Origin: Ylistrum balloti
Lineage: Eukaryota
NCBI RefSeq assembly: GCF_031769215.1
Contig: NW_026781945.1
Coordinates: forward strand, 744,001 to 808,000
Direction of reading: 5' to 3'
DNA length: 64,000 bases
Shown one piece after another: positions 1 through 12,634 of the stretch. Position 1 is the first letter of the stretch; each line of letters opens with the position of its first letter. The notes beneath the pieces are model-generated. The model made no database searches. It worked only from the letters and a program-made list of their open reading frames with translations, and was not told the DNA's origin. Both the position numbers and the translations under genes were made by a program.

Positions 1-3000
1 TTAACCTGTAAAACATCTACATCTGGTCCGAGACCACCAAAATCAATTGTATCTCAGTCAAAATGTCAACAAATATTGTATCATTGCCATGTAATAAGCC
101 CGCCTCTTTTATTAGAAGTCTTGTTTTGAATACCTGGGTTCTTTACAGTATAAATGCAGTAATATTTATTCTTCAATGTTTGTTCAGAAATAGGTTGTAC
201 AGATCATCAGAATGTGATGTTGTATGTCGACATCAAACCAACACGCATTAAAATCAGTCCATACCAAGGTTTCTAGGGTTTTATTTTCATTATTTTATCA
301 ACTTAGGTGATATATTTGTGTAAATTTTTCAGTACGTTTGTAGAGTGCAGTATTTAAGAAGTGGTAGCAACACCTAAGTTTATGTAAATGAATTTACAGC
401 TCTGTCACTGCTACAAACGTCTTTCATTGTACATGTTTTGTATGAGAACCCTGCCATAAATGTTTACCCTGCCATGTAATGACCTATACATTTTAGACTA
501 GTTAGGAACTGGACAAGAGTTCGTAATATGCAGGTTTATGGTATACACAGGTTTGAGTTAGGGAGAAATGTAAATATTTGCTGTTGGTGAAGCTGATGAA
601 TGTGATATTAATTTTTTTAAAATGAATAATTAATTGTTGCCTTTGTGTATTAATTGATGACTTCGTATGTTAAATTCATAAATTTCACATGTATCACATG
701 AAATCTGCTGACTTGTTTTGCTTAAATGTTTTGTTCTTTGTCTTTAGATTATTACCTGTACAAGGACTCTCTGAATTAATGATTTTTTTCTGAAGATGCT
801 AAATGACTTTTTTACACTAATACAAGTGTATTTTTCCCCCAAAAATAGCACTTTAGCATCATTTAAGTAGTAATATAAATTGTTATAAATTGTAAACACG
901 TCTTAAAAATATCAAATATCATTTAAAAATCATACTCCAATACCACTGTGCATACTATAATGAATATCTGGTAGTTTTAACCAGTAGATGTGTTACTGTA
1001 TAAAGTGCTTATTTACATCTAAACATTGTTTATTTTAGTTAAAAACTATTCAATGTTTTTGTTTTATTTCCATTCTACTCAGGAAATGAGTGTTTTGTAG
1101 TATTTTTCCTCATTACTTGTTAATTGTGTTTACATTTGAGGCTACAGGTATACCGGGCGGTAAATGAATTTCACACCTAATGGAGATTATATTTATACGA
1201 GAGTGCATGAAGTGCTTTTTATCAAAAAGTTTCATGTGGAAAGTAATTGGTGATAATTTTGTGGATTACTAATGAATGTTAAATCTACAGTATGATATAT
1301 AATAAAATTACTTTGGTTTGTTCAAAATTCAGAATTGAACCTTGTTATGTATTATAAAGTCTTGAAGTGTTGTAATGATAGCACTTCTATAGTTTTTGTG
1401 TGTCAGAGTAATCTCTGTCAAGGATATTTTATTTAGAAACAGGGACAGGGAATTTGTTGAGCACAGTCACTAAACATTTCCCTAGGCTACTTGAACATCT
1501 CACTTAAAGTCTGATGAAAATACAGGCTTTATCAGTAAAGGGTAAAATATTTTTGTAAAAGTTACAGATATCTGTTTAAACTTTGACTTTTTGTAATATT
1601 TCTTAATGGGATTAGAAAGTAATCTTCAATAAATACAATTAAATGAAGTCATATTTTAATGAAATGCATGAAATTTGAAGACATTTTTAGAACAACTTAC
1701 TCAATCAAAGCAAATGACTTGAAGATCGATTTTTTTATGAAGCTCGATTTTTGTGGTTTTTCAAAATAAATGAAAATGAAACATCCTCAAAAGTTAATAA
1801 TTTCACACCATAGTAAAATGTTGAAATTTTGTGATGAAGACCTTGTAGAAATATTTTGTAGGTGGAGTAGTCAGAACAGAAGGGTAAAGTCTTGTTGACC
1901 TTCAGTTATTAGTACTTGTTATAGAGAAGCTCACATTCATTTCTGGAGCTTAGGTCCAGTCTAACATAGGAAATGGTCATCTTGTTGAAGTTCAGCCTGA
2001 TGGGTGAATAGTCTAGTTATCAAACCAGGAATTTGTTTTTAAGATTTGTAATCTTTGTTCTTGAAGTGTTAACTATAAACATTAGCTTTAGGCTACTTAA
2101 AGATTAACATCCGTAATTTTAGTGTATTCATCTCTGACTTTATCAACACTTAACACTAACATTTTGTCATAGATTCCACTTCGTATAAAAATAATAAAAA
2201 ACAAACTTAAATGAAATCACATCAGTCATTTTAACTAGTCACTGTAATATTGCTTTAGTGGGAATACTGTGATACCAACATCAACAATCTGTTTCAATTT
2301 TTAAATCCTTTTGAACATAAATTACACTTTAAACTTGATGTCAGTTGCAACTTGTTGCCTAGGATGATGTCAGTTGCCACTTGATGCCTAGAATGATTGC
2401 ATCTTTTTGTTGAAAAGGTCACTCTGACTGGGACTCCTACTTATTGATATTTCTGCTTAATACTACCTTTTTTAAATTGGATATTGATATTGTCACTATT
2501 GAAAAATATTCTTTTTTGTTGTTGTTTTATCAGCAAATGACTTGGTATTATATATCTTTCCCTAAAAAGTGTGTTGGTAGCTACAATTGAAACCATACTT
2601 TCATGTCTACTTCCACCTTATATTTCATTGTAACTCTGCGCCTTATCATTAACATGGATAATTGTTCAGTGGGAATTTTAAAAGGGATTGGGTTATTGTT
2701 AATAGATGTTGTGATAATACATCATATTTCATCTGTAACATTATGTAAATCAGACACTCCAAGGGGATGATTTCATATGAGAGAACTGCATGCTTAGGTT
2801 GTCCTAGGTTCCTCTCTCACTAGGTTTTGTTCAGATGTCTCACAAATTGGTGTTGGTTAAGATGCTGTATTTCGAGAAATTCATATCCATATAGGATGAA
2901 TGAAGAAACTGTGCAATAGTGTTTGATGAAAAACATATTCATATATTCACAATAAATCCTACAATGTATTAAAAAGGTTTTGTTTTTCTTTTTATCCTTT

Positions 3001-3927
3001 ATATCGATATAGATATATGTAATGTTTACTACTAGTCTTCAAAACAAGAACATATACCTTAAATGCTGCATATCATGTCTAGCAAATTCTCATCAATGAT
3101 CAAGATTAATTCTCTAATACCCTTTCTCTGCATCCGGCTATGTTTTAGAACACACGGTTTTCAACAAAAACAAGATGAATTATAAATGTCTTGCGTTCCT
3201 TCTCTGTTTGATAGTGTTAGATTAAAAACAAGGAATATCCTTTCTGAGTATTTTAGGATACAATGATTGTATAAAACACACCAACGTTAATAGCACCTGA
3301 CGATACCAATTATAGACACAGCATGTTGACCGAATTTAATTGTATCAGACAGTTGTATAGTCCTTCTAGAACTCCTCATTCTTAAACTCATGGGCACGAC
3401 TGAGAAAAATCCAAATTGGTCAAATAAAATACCAAAATCGATCTGCTGAGGTGCACTCTTACCTTAAAACTACAATTGGACGAATTTGATTATTTTCAAT
3501 ATTGAACATTTTAAAAAGATTATCGATTCTGAACAGCCCTATACTAGTCAAATAAGTGACATGTTGGGTTAACAAACAAGAACACAGGTAAATCGTATAT
3601 AAGTTATTTTACATACTAGTGTTGTGTCCATGTCCCAACCTAAACTTATAACATGCTCTAGCGACACGGCAGTAATCATGTAACGTTTGTCGTTTACCTT
3701 TAGATCTGCCAGGGATCACACCTTGGACCTCTGACTTCAGAGAGGTTCTTTCTAACCGAATCGCTAGAAAGCAGCAAGTATACATCACTTAACATCTTAC
3801 ACAAATAATGTTTCTTGTATCATGTATGGTTCTACTGTTCAGTAACAATCATCAAATGCGGGAATTATTTCTGTCCATTTCTGGTCTAATTCGAAACGAA
3901 TGCCTGAAGGTACAAATCATTTGTATA

Positions 3928-5210
3928 TCCTAGAGGGAAGACATACCTGTATGATGTAGGTCCTTAGTATCACTAACGAGTCCTAGAGAGAAGACACACT
4001 TGTATGGTGTAGGAGCTTAGTATCACTAACGAGTCCTAGAGAGAAGACACACTTGTATGGTGTAGGACCTTAGTATCACTAACGAGTCCTAGAGAGAAGA
4101 CACACTTGTATGGTGTAGGACCTTAGTATCACTAACGAGTCCTAGAGAGAAGACACACTTGTATGGTGTAGGACCTTAGTATCACTAACGAGTCCTAGAG
4201 AGAAGACACACTTGTATGGTGTAGGACCTTAGTATCACTAACGAGTCCTAGAGAGAAGACACACCTGTATGATGTAGGTCCTAAGTATCACTAACGAGCC
4301 CTAGAGAGAAGACACACTTGTATGGTGTAGGACCTTAGTATCACTAACGAGTCCTAGAGAGAAGACACACCTGTATGATGTAGGTCCTAAGTATCACTAA
4401 CGAGCCCTAGAGAGAAGACACACCTGTATGGTGTAACATCACTAACTAGCCCTAGAGAGAAGACACGACTGTATCGTGTAGCATCTCTAACGAGTCCTAG
4501 AGAGAAGACACACCTGTATGGTGTAGGTACTTAGCATCACTAACGAGCCCTAGAGAGAAGACACACCTGTATGATATAGGTCCTTAGCATCACAAACGAG
4601 TCCTACAGAGAAGACACACCGGTATGTGTAGATCATTAGCATCACTAACGAGCCCTAGAGAGAAGACACACCTGTTTGATATAGGTACTTAACATCACTA
4701 ACGAGCCCTAGAGAGAAGACACACCTGTATGGTGTAGGTCCTAATCATCACTAACGAGCCCTAGAGAGAAGACACACCTGTATGGTGCAGGTCCTTAGTA
4801 TCACTAACGAGTCCTAGAGAGAAGACACGACTGTATGGTGTAGCATCTCTAACGAGTCCTAGAGAGAAGACACGACCGTATGGTGTAGTATCACTAACAA
4901 GTCCTAGAGGGAAGGCACACCTGTATAATGTAGCATCACTAACGATTCCTAGAGGGAAGGCACAGCTTTATAATGTAGCATCACTAACGAGTCCTAGAGA
5001 GAAGACACACCTGTATGGTGCAGTTCCTTAGTATCACTAACGAGTCCTAGTGAGAAGACACACCTGTATGGTGTAGCATTTCTAACGAGTCCTAGAGAGA
5101 AGACACGACCGTATGGTGTAGTACACTAACGAGTCCTAGAGAGAAGACACGACCGTATGGTGTAGTACACTAACGAGTCCTAGAGAGAAGGCACGGCTGT
5201 ATGATGCAGT
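3928..5210 (+). repeat. Minisatellite of ~26 units (44/45/53 bp) derived from a minimal hammerhead ribozyme, catalytic core inactivated (array A)
   Basis: The 45-bp unit CATCA-CTAACGA-GTCC-TAGAGAGAAGACACGACTG-TA-TGGTG-TAG aligns without gaps to the hammerhead monomer at 42175-42216. CUGANGA is CUAACGA and GAAA is GACA. The 53-bp units carry an extra ~8 nt (GACCTTAG). Confidence 0.85.
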
Positions 5211-5553
5211 TCATATTAACGTTTGCTATACAACTGTATCTAATTCTGACTTTGTGTTGAACATTTGCTTTATGTACTCTCTTCACCACTCCTTACCTAT
5301 GTGAGAAGTTTTACTCCGCACCAAACATTTCTGGTTCCATACCTAATTTGTTATATGAAATAATAAGAACAGTTTCTAAATATAATATTTTATTTGAAAC
5401 AAACATCAACATTAGGACAAGTAGCAAAAACAATGCATGATATTAAAAATTCAGTTCAATATAATTTTCAATGTATCAAATTTATATCTCAATACATCTT
5501 TATCAATCCACTTTTTAAGTAAATACCAAAGTGAAACAATGTATGTACCCATT

Positions 5554-7505
5554 TCATTCCTCCATACATTCACCGGAAATGACGATATAGTCCCTTTCTA
5601 CACGCCTGTGTTGTCGTGTGCCTTTCTGAAGGCTCCAAGCGTAACTATATTTGTTTAACGTGTCCACTTCACTCATCGCTTTCTTGTCTAAAACTGCTCT
5701 CCTCACAAATACTTTGCAGCCTTGCTCTACAACACTTTGTATTTGTCTGTGAAGTCGGAGTTTGGCTCCAAATAGAAGGTTGTATTCCCATTCACGGTTA
5801 TCAATGGTACCAGAAATTACTTTGGAAAACATAACGTGCCGTTTTCCTCGCCTTTTCGTTTGTACTGCTATCTCATAAAGAGCAGATTTGCATTTGTCTC
5901 TGAAAAGTTGGATACGTTTGTGGCACGTTCCTTTGAATTTTCTTCTGAAGCCATTTTTGGTTTTAGGTTCATTGACGTCTGTTGGGATATATGCGAGTCG
6001 CCACGACGACCAATCAAGACAGTTGCACGTGAATACTGTTTCCGCTGTTTTCTCTCTTGGAATCATTTTAGCATCATCATTGCAGATGAGTTTGTCCTGG
6101 AATAATAAATTACATGTCATTAATATTTTTATATAACGGTCTACTTGACCTTCGGTTTTCACGAAAACTAATTTTATTTTTAGTAAAATGGAATTCATCT
6201 AACAGAAAAATGACCAATGATAGAAATATGATATGTACCTTGATATTCTTGACTGTCACGTTTCTACGCTTTGGATTGACCTTTGACCTAGACGGGTCGA
6301 CTTTTGTCCTTCTTGGAACGCCCTTCAAAGGTTGTGGCGCTGGAGAAGTCGTGGTTGGGGTTGACAATGGTGAAATAATTGGCGGGGCTGGGTGTATGCC
6401 ACTTGTACCCGAACCAGTCTTTCTCAGAGTTCCAAATAATCCCTCCAGGTCTCTGTTGATACCACATGGTCCATATCGTCCTCGGACCTCGGCTTCATAG
6501 CCCTGAAGTAAACAGATAACAACATTATTATTGAATGCATTCGTGTAACACATAAAAGTCAGTGTAAATTAAACTTCAGAATTTTATTTCAAGAAGAAAA
6601 AAGGAAAAATAAATCGTTTTAAACTCAATGTATTTAGTACTTACAGAGAAGAGGTCATCGCCCCTTTCCCGATAACAGATGGCCATGAGGAAGTCACAGA
6701 TGTTGGAGAATTCATTGAGCTTGAGGTAATGTCCTTCAGTGTTTGCTGATATTGTCTTGTAGAAGTCGTCAATGCCTTCATTTTCAAACACTTGTACGCC
6801 ATATATCTTAACACCCTGAAATAATCCAAATTTAACGATGTTTATTATACAATCAATACATAATTAATCGATTGTTGTATTTCAATGTAAGTACTAATTA
6901 TTGTAAAATACGTCAAGTTGTCAACTTATATCAAATAATCATTTGACAACAAACTTACCATATTGTATTTCAATGTAAGTACTAATTATTGTAAAATACG
7001 TCAAGTTGTCAACTTATATCAAATAATCATTTGACAACAAACTTACCATATTGTGAAGATCAGCGACTTCAGCTCTCCAGTCAATGTTGTCCACATTCAG
7101 CTCATACTCGGGTTCGTGTGGTTTGGCGTCTCCAATCATGACCAGAATTTTTTGTGATGCTGGAGTCCATGAGAAGTTTTGTCGGACCATGCGGAGAATA
7201 AGCTCGTAACATTCATCTTCGTCGCCGCCACCAGTACCCTCTACACCTTTCACAAAGTTACAAAGTTCTACGACATCGCTACAAAGGTCCAGTTGCTTTG
7301 TAAGATAGAAGACCTTTTCATCACAGTAGTCCCCGTGGGCTATGACACCGATTCTAATGCCTGGAATGTCCGCCTGGAGGCGCTGTATCATGTCCTGTAA
7401 CCGTCCCTGGACCTCCTCAAGTATAGAGGACATCGATCCAGTAGTGTCAAAGGAGAAGACGATTTCGAGGAGTCCTCCTGGAGGAAGCATGGATGGTGCT
7501 GCCAT
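5554..7505 (-). CDS. vWA (MIDAS) + ET/HRT-like GIY-YIG-fold protein, copy 1 (478 aa, 4 coding exons)
   Basis: Exons 7505-7047, 6815-6645, 6502-6239, 6096-5554; all GT-AG, all phase 0, frame open throughout. vWA motifs FDTTGSM, GGGDEDE, IGDA. C-terminal WSSW..ALYEIAV..KYSYAW. Confidence 0.9.
6875..7050. repeat. 88-bp direct tandem duplication in intron 1 of copy 1, duplicating the 5' splice site
   Basis: 6875-6962 = 6963-7050. The intron is 231 nt here versus 143 nt in copies 2 and 3. TTGT microhomology at the junction. Confidence 0.95.
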
Positions 7506-7948
7506 AGTTGTCAGAATCTGAAATAAGTTTAAATTGTCATTAATTTATTGATTGATTTACATCTTTGTCTTATATTTTGTATAACGTCGCTGTTAGAATT
7601 AAGATACTTTAGAGTAATATTATCTCCTTACAATAGCTCGTTTTTATTGATAACTGACGTTTATACAGTGACTAATTAACAAAAATGCTTAGATTTTAAA
7701 TTGTTCATCTAGTTATTAATGTATCAAATTGTGGTTTTAATTATCATTTTTTAAAACCTTTCATACGATTTGTTAATATTTAAAATTACCTTTGACATAT
7801 ATCAGTAGGTAAATATAATGTAGATACTATTAGTTTATCGGTGGAGCGATTTTTCGCTGCCTGCTCTGAATAGCTGTATACTAGTAAGTATAGTGTGTTC
7901 ACCTTGCCGATCCAATACACACTGCTGTCTGCCGTCTGCTCACAGCCC

Positions 7949-7956
7949 TATTTATA
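7949..7956 (-). promoter_or_regulatory. TATA box (TATAAATA) upstream of vWA copy 1
   Basis: TATAAATA followed ~30 nt later by a CAGT initiator-like motif; conserved in all three copies; AG acceptor 12 nt before the ATG implies a 5' UTR intron. Confidence 0.55.
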
Positions 7957-8792
7957 CTGTTTCCCCGGGACAGGCTGAGACTTGTTCGCTAAAAATACGC
8001 CACTACATGTTTGATCGATGAACACGATACAATGAAAATATAAAAGGTGTATCGAATTAAACAAACTGCGTCACTGTCTTCTCGGACTTTATCATAGAAG
8101 CCCTTTATTTTGAATATTGCTATGTTCGCACATTCGAAAGGGACACTGAATGCAAATAGTAATATATGATATACAACTCTATACACGAAACGATTACGTT
8201 CATATCTTGTAACTAGTGAACAAAATTGTAATAGAAACAATATTTGGCATATTCTTGTACCAGTCCATTGTAAAATGTGCAACCTGACTTGGAATAAAAT
8301 TGTCGTGATGTGTCAAACATTTCCAAGTGATATCCTAACAGAGCTAATGGTGCGGTTTAATTTATCTAAGTATATTCTATATACATGTAGTTCCAACGCT
8401 TTACTCTTGATATAAAACCTATTGATGTTTTGGTTCCTGTTGTCCATTTCCCTGAAATTGGCTGAGCAATTTACAAACACGTATTATTTGTTCGTTTATT
8501 GTTCTTTCCATATATTGAATCATATCTTGACAGCATATTACATTTTTAAAATATCTTCTCAATAATACTTTCATTTACAAGTTTTTATCATTTCATTTGA
8601 AATTGTTTCTTGACATCATACATTACATACAGAAAATTTGTCAAAGTAAGTAAAAATCTCTATTTAAAATCAGTGCTTGACTATAGTGAACAAAAGTTTA
8701 TTTTACCTTACACTTAGTATTTCTATGTGGAATTCTACATTAAAAAGAGCAAATAACTGTTTTTATACTTCCTGTAATATTGTCATTTTAAT

Positions 8793-9551
8793 AACATGAC
8801 TGATATCTCCTGTATTATTGGTATACCAGAAACATGGCTGATATCTCCTGTATTATTGATATACCAGAAACATGGCTGATGTCTCTTGTATTATTGATAT
8901 ACCAGAAACATGGCTGATGTCTCTTGTATTATTGGTATACCAGAAACATGGCTGATATCTCCTGTATTATTGATATACCAGAAACATGGCTGATGTCTCT
9001 TGTATTATTGATATACCAGAAACATGGCTGATGTCTCTTGTATTATTGATATACCAGAAACATGACTGATATCTCCTGTATTATTGGTATACCAGAAACA
9101 TGGCTGATATCTCCTGTATTGTTGGTATACTAGATACCTAGATGATATCTCCTGTATTATTGATATACCAGAAACATGGCTGATGTCTCTTGTATTATTG
9201 ATATACCAGAAACATGGCTGATATCTCCTGTATTATTGATATACCAGAAACATGGCTGATATCTCCTGTATTATTGGTATACCAGAAACATGCCTGATAT
9301 CTCCTGTATTATTGGTATACCAGAAGCATAGCTGATATCTCCTGTATTATTGATATACCAGAAACATGGCTGATATCTCCTCTCCTGTATTATTGATATA
9401 CCAGAAACATGGCTGACGTCTCATGTATTATTGATATACCAGAAACATTAGTGATATCTCCTGTATTATTGTTATACCAGAAACATGGCTGATATCTCCT
9501 GTATTATTGGTATACCAGAAACATGGCTGATATCTCCTGTATTACTGGTAT
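8793..9551. repeat. 38-bp minisatellite, ~20 units
   Basis: Unit GATATCTCCTGTATTATTGATATACCAGAAACATGGCT. Confidence 0.97.
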
Positions 9552-10320
9552 GACAGTACATTGTCACTCGTTCCGTTATTCAAAGTTTACAACACACGCT
9601 ATCGATCGTTGAATGAGTTCTGATGAACAGTAACATCGTTGTCAATCATTGAAAATATACGCTTTAGTTGACTAAATCATCATTTTTATCAATAAACAAT
9701 ATCATTATGTTATTGCGAATGTATATAACGTATTATGTCAACAGCATAAACCTTAAAGTTATGAAATCAATAATGATATAATTATTTTATCCGTTGCGGA
9801 TGTAGATCAATGTCGATAACCAAATCACAATATCATCTGTATGTTTGTGACGGATACGTTTTCTTTGTCTTAACTAATGCTTCTTTCTGATATAGAGAAA
9901 TAATCCAATCTGTTTGTTATTACATTTTCTACAGTGTGAAATATGGTTTGTTTATTTTCTATTAGTCACGGTATCGTTGGTGTCAGCTTATACAACTAAC
10001 TCATATTTCTGGAAATAAGTGATTTCTTATTGAAAACAAAGACGGTGTTATCAGAATATGTCATAACTTAACAATTATTTGACATTATAGACAAAACAAA
10101 ACATTGGAACATATTCATTTTTATTTAAAACTATACAAATTAAACAATATGAAAATGGACCATGAAATGTACATCAAATGGCAAGTGTTATAACAAAATG
10201 TCAAATAAAATATCGTTCTACAGTAAAATAAAAATCATAAAGCGGACTACATGGAATTTACTTTATAATTAACGGAAACATCCAAGTAAAACGACATTGT
10301 TCATGTCAGTCATCAAATAT

Positions 10321-12174
10321 TCATTCCTCCATACATTCACCGGAAATGACGATATAGTTCCTTTCTACACGCCTGTGTTGTCGTGTGTCTTTCTGGATGC
10401 TCCAAGCATAACTATATTTGTTTAACGTGTCAACTTCACTCATTGCTTTCTTGTCTAAAACTGCTCTCCTCACAAATACTTTGCAGCCTTGCTCTACAAC
10501 ACTTTGTATTTGTCTGCGAAGTCGGAGTTTGGCTCCAAATAGAAGGTTGTATTCCCATTCACGGTTATCAATGGTACCAGAAATTACTTTGGAAAACATA
10601 ACGTGCCGTTTTCCTCGCCTTTTCGTTTGTACTGCTATCTCATAAAGAGCAGATTTGCTTTTGTCTCTGAAAAGTTGAATACGTTTGTGGCACGTTCCTT
10701 TGAATTTTCTTCTGAAGCCATTTTTGGTTTTAGGTTCATTGACGTCTGTTGGGATATATGCGAGTCGCCACGATGACCAATCAAGACAGTTGCACGTGAA
10801 TACGGTTTCCGCTGTTTTCTCTCTTGGAATCATTTTAGCATCATCATTGCAGATGAGTTTGTCCTGGAATAATAAATTACATGTCATTAATATTTTTATA
10901 TAACAGCCTACTTGACATTCCGTTTTCACGAAAACTAATTTTATTTTTAGTAAAATGGAATTCATTTAACAGAAAAATGACCAATGATAGAAATATGATA
11001 TGTACCTTGATATTCTTGACTGTCACGTTTCTACGCTTTGGATTGACCTTTGACCTAGACGGGTCGACTTTTGTCCTTCTTGGAACGCCCTTCAAAGGTT
11101 GTGGCGCTGGAGAAGTCGTGGTTGGGGTTGACAATGGTGAAATAATTGGCGGCGCTGGGTGTATGCCACTTGTACCTGAATCAGTCTTTCTCAGAGTTCC
11201 GAATAATCCCTCCAGATCTCTGTGAATACCACCCGGTCCATATCGTCCGCGGACCTCGGCTTCATAGCCCTGAAGTAGACAGATAACAATATTATTGAAT
11301 GTTTTCATATAACACATGAAGGTCAGTGTAAATCAAACTACAAAATTTTAAGATAAAAGAATAAATCAAATCGTTTTAAACTTGATGAATTTAGTACTTA
11401 CAGAGAAGAGGTCATCGCCCCTTTCCCGATAACAGATGGCCATGAGGAAGTCACAGATGTTGGAGAATTCGTTGAGCTTGAGGTAATGTCCTTCAGTATT
11501 TGTTGATATTGTCTTGTAGAAGTCGTCAATGCCTTCATTTTCAAACACTTGTACGCCATATATCTTAACACCCTGAAATAATCCAAATTTAACGATGTTT
11601 ATTATACAATCAATACATAATTAATTAATTGTTGTATTTCAATGTAAGTACTAATTATTGTAAAATACGTCAAGTTGTCAACTTATATCAAATAATCATT
11701 TGACAACAAACTTACCATATTGTGAAGATCAGCGACTTCAGCTCTCCAGTCAATGTTGTCCACATTCAGCTCATACTCGGGTTCGTGTGGTTTGGCGTCT
11801 CCAATCATGACCAGAATTTTTTGTGATGCTGGAGTCCATGAGAAGTTTTGTCGGACCATGCGGAGAATAAGCTCGTAACATTCATCTTCGTCGCCGCCAC
11901 CAGTACCCTCTACACCTTTCACAAAGTTACAAAGTTCTACGACGTCGCTACAAAGGTCCAGTTGCTTTGTAAGATAGAAGACCTTTTCATCACAGTAGTC
12001 CCCGTGGGCTATGACACCGATTCTAATGCCTGGAATGTCCGCCTGAAGGCGTTGTATCATGTCCTGTAACCGTCCCTGGACCTCCTCAAGTATAGAGGAC
12101 ATCGATCCAGTAGTGTCAAAGGAGAATACGATTTCGAGAAGTCCTCCTGGAGGAAGCCTGGATGGTGTTGCCAT
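10321..12174 (-). CDS. vWA (MIDAS) + ET/HRT-like GIY-YIG-fold protein, copy 2 (478 aa)
   Basis: Exons 12174-11716, 11572-11402, 11269-11006, 10863-10321; GT-AG, phase 0, intact frame; near-identical to copies 1 and 3. Confidence 0.9.
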
Positions 12175-12626
12175 AGTTGTCAGAATCTGAAATAAGTTTA
12201 AATTGTCATTAATTTATTGATTGATTTACATCTTTGTCTTATATTTTGTATAATGTCGATAATTGAATTAAGATATTTTAGAATAATATTATCTCCTTAT
12301 CTCCTTACAATAGCTCGTTTTTATTGATAACTAACATTTATACAGTGACTAATTAACAAAAATGCTTAGATTTTAAATTGTTCATCTAGTTATTAATGTA
12401 TCAAATTGTGGTTTTAATTATCCTTTTTAAAAACCTTTCATACGATTTGTTAATATTTAAAATTACCTTTGACATATATCAGTAGGTAAATATAAATGTA
12501 GATACTATTAGTTTATCGGTGGAGCGAGTTTTCGCTGCCTGCTCTGAATAGTTGTTTACTTGTAAGTATAGTGTGTTCACCTTGCCGATCCAATACACAC
12601 TGCTGTCTGTCGTCTGCTCACAGCCC

Positions 12627-12634
12627 TATTTATA
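12627..12634 (-). promoter_or_regulatory. TATA box upstream of vWA copy 2
   Basis: Same TATAAATA context as at 7949-7956. Confidence 0.55.

Noticed and set aside
1-130. Open frame at the window start followed by 3' UTR-like DNA
   Set aside because: Could be the end of an upstream gene, but it is too short and featureless to support.
3928-5210. CRISPR-like appearance of this and the other regular arrays
   Set aside because: Units are contiguous copies without unique spacers, there are no cas genes, and the context is a spliced eukaryotic genome.
8793-9551. 38-bp repeat contains CTGATG and GAAAC, suggestive of a hammerhead
   Set aside because: No CUGANGA, no stem II directly between the motifs, and no stem I or NUH site.
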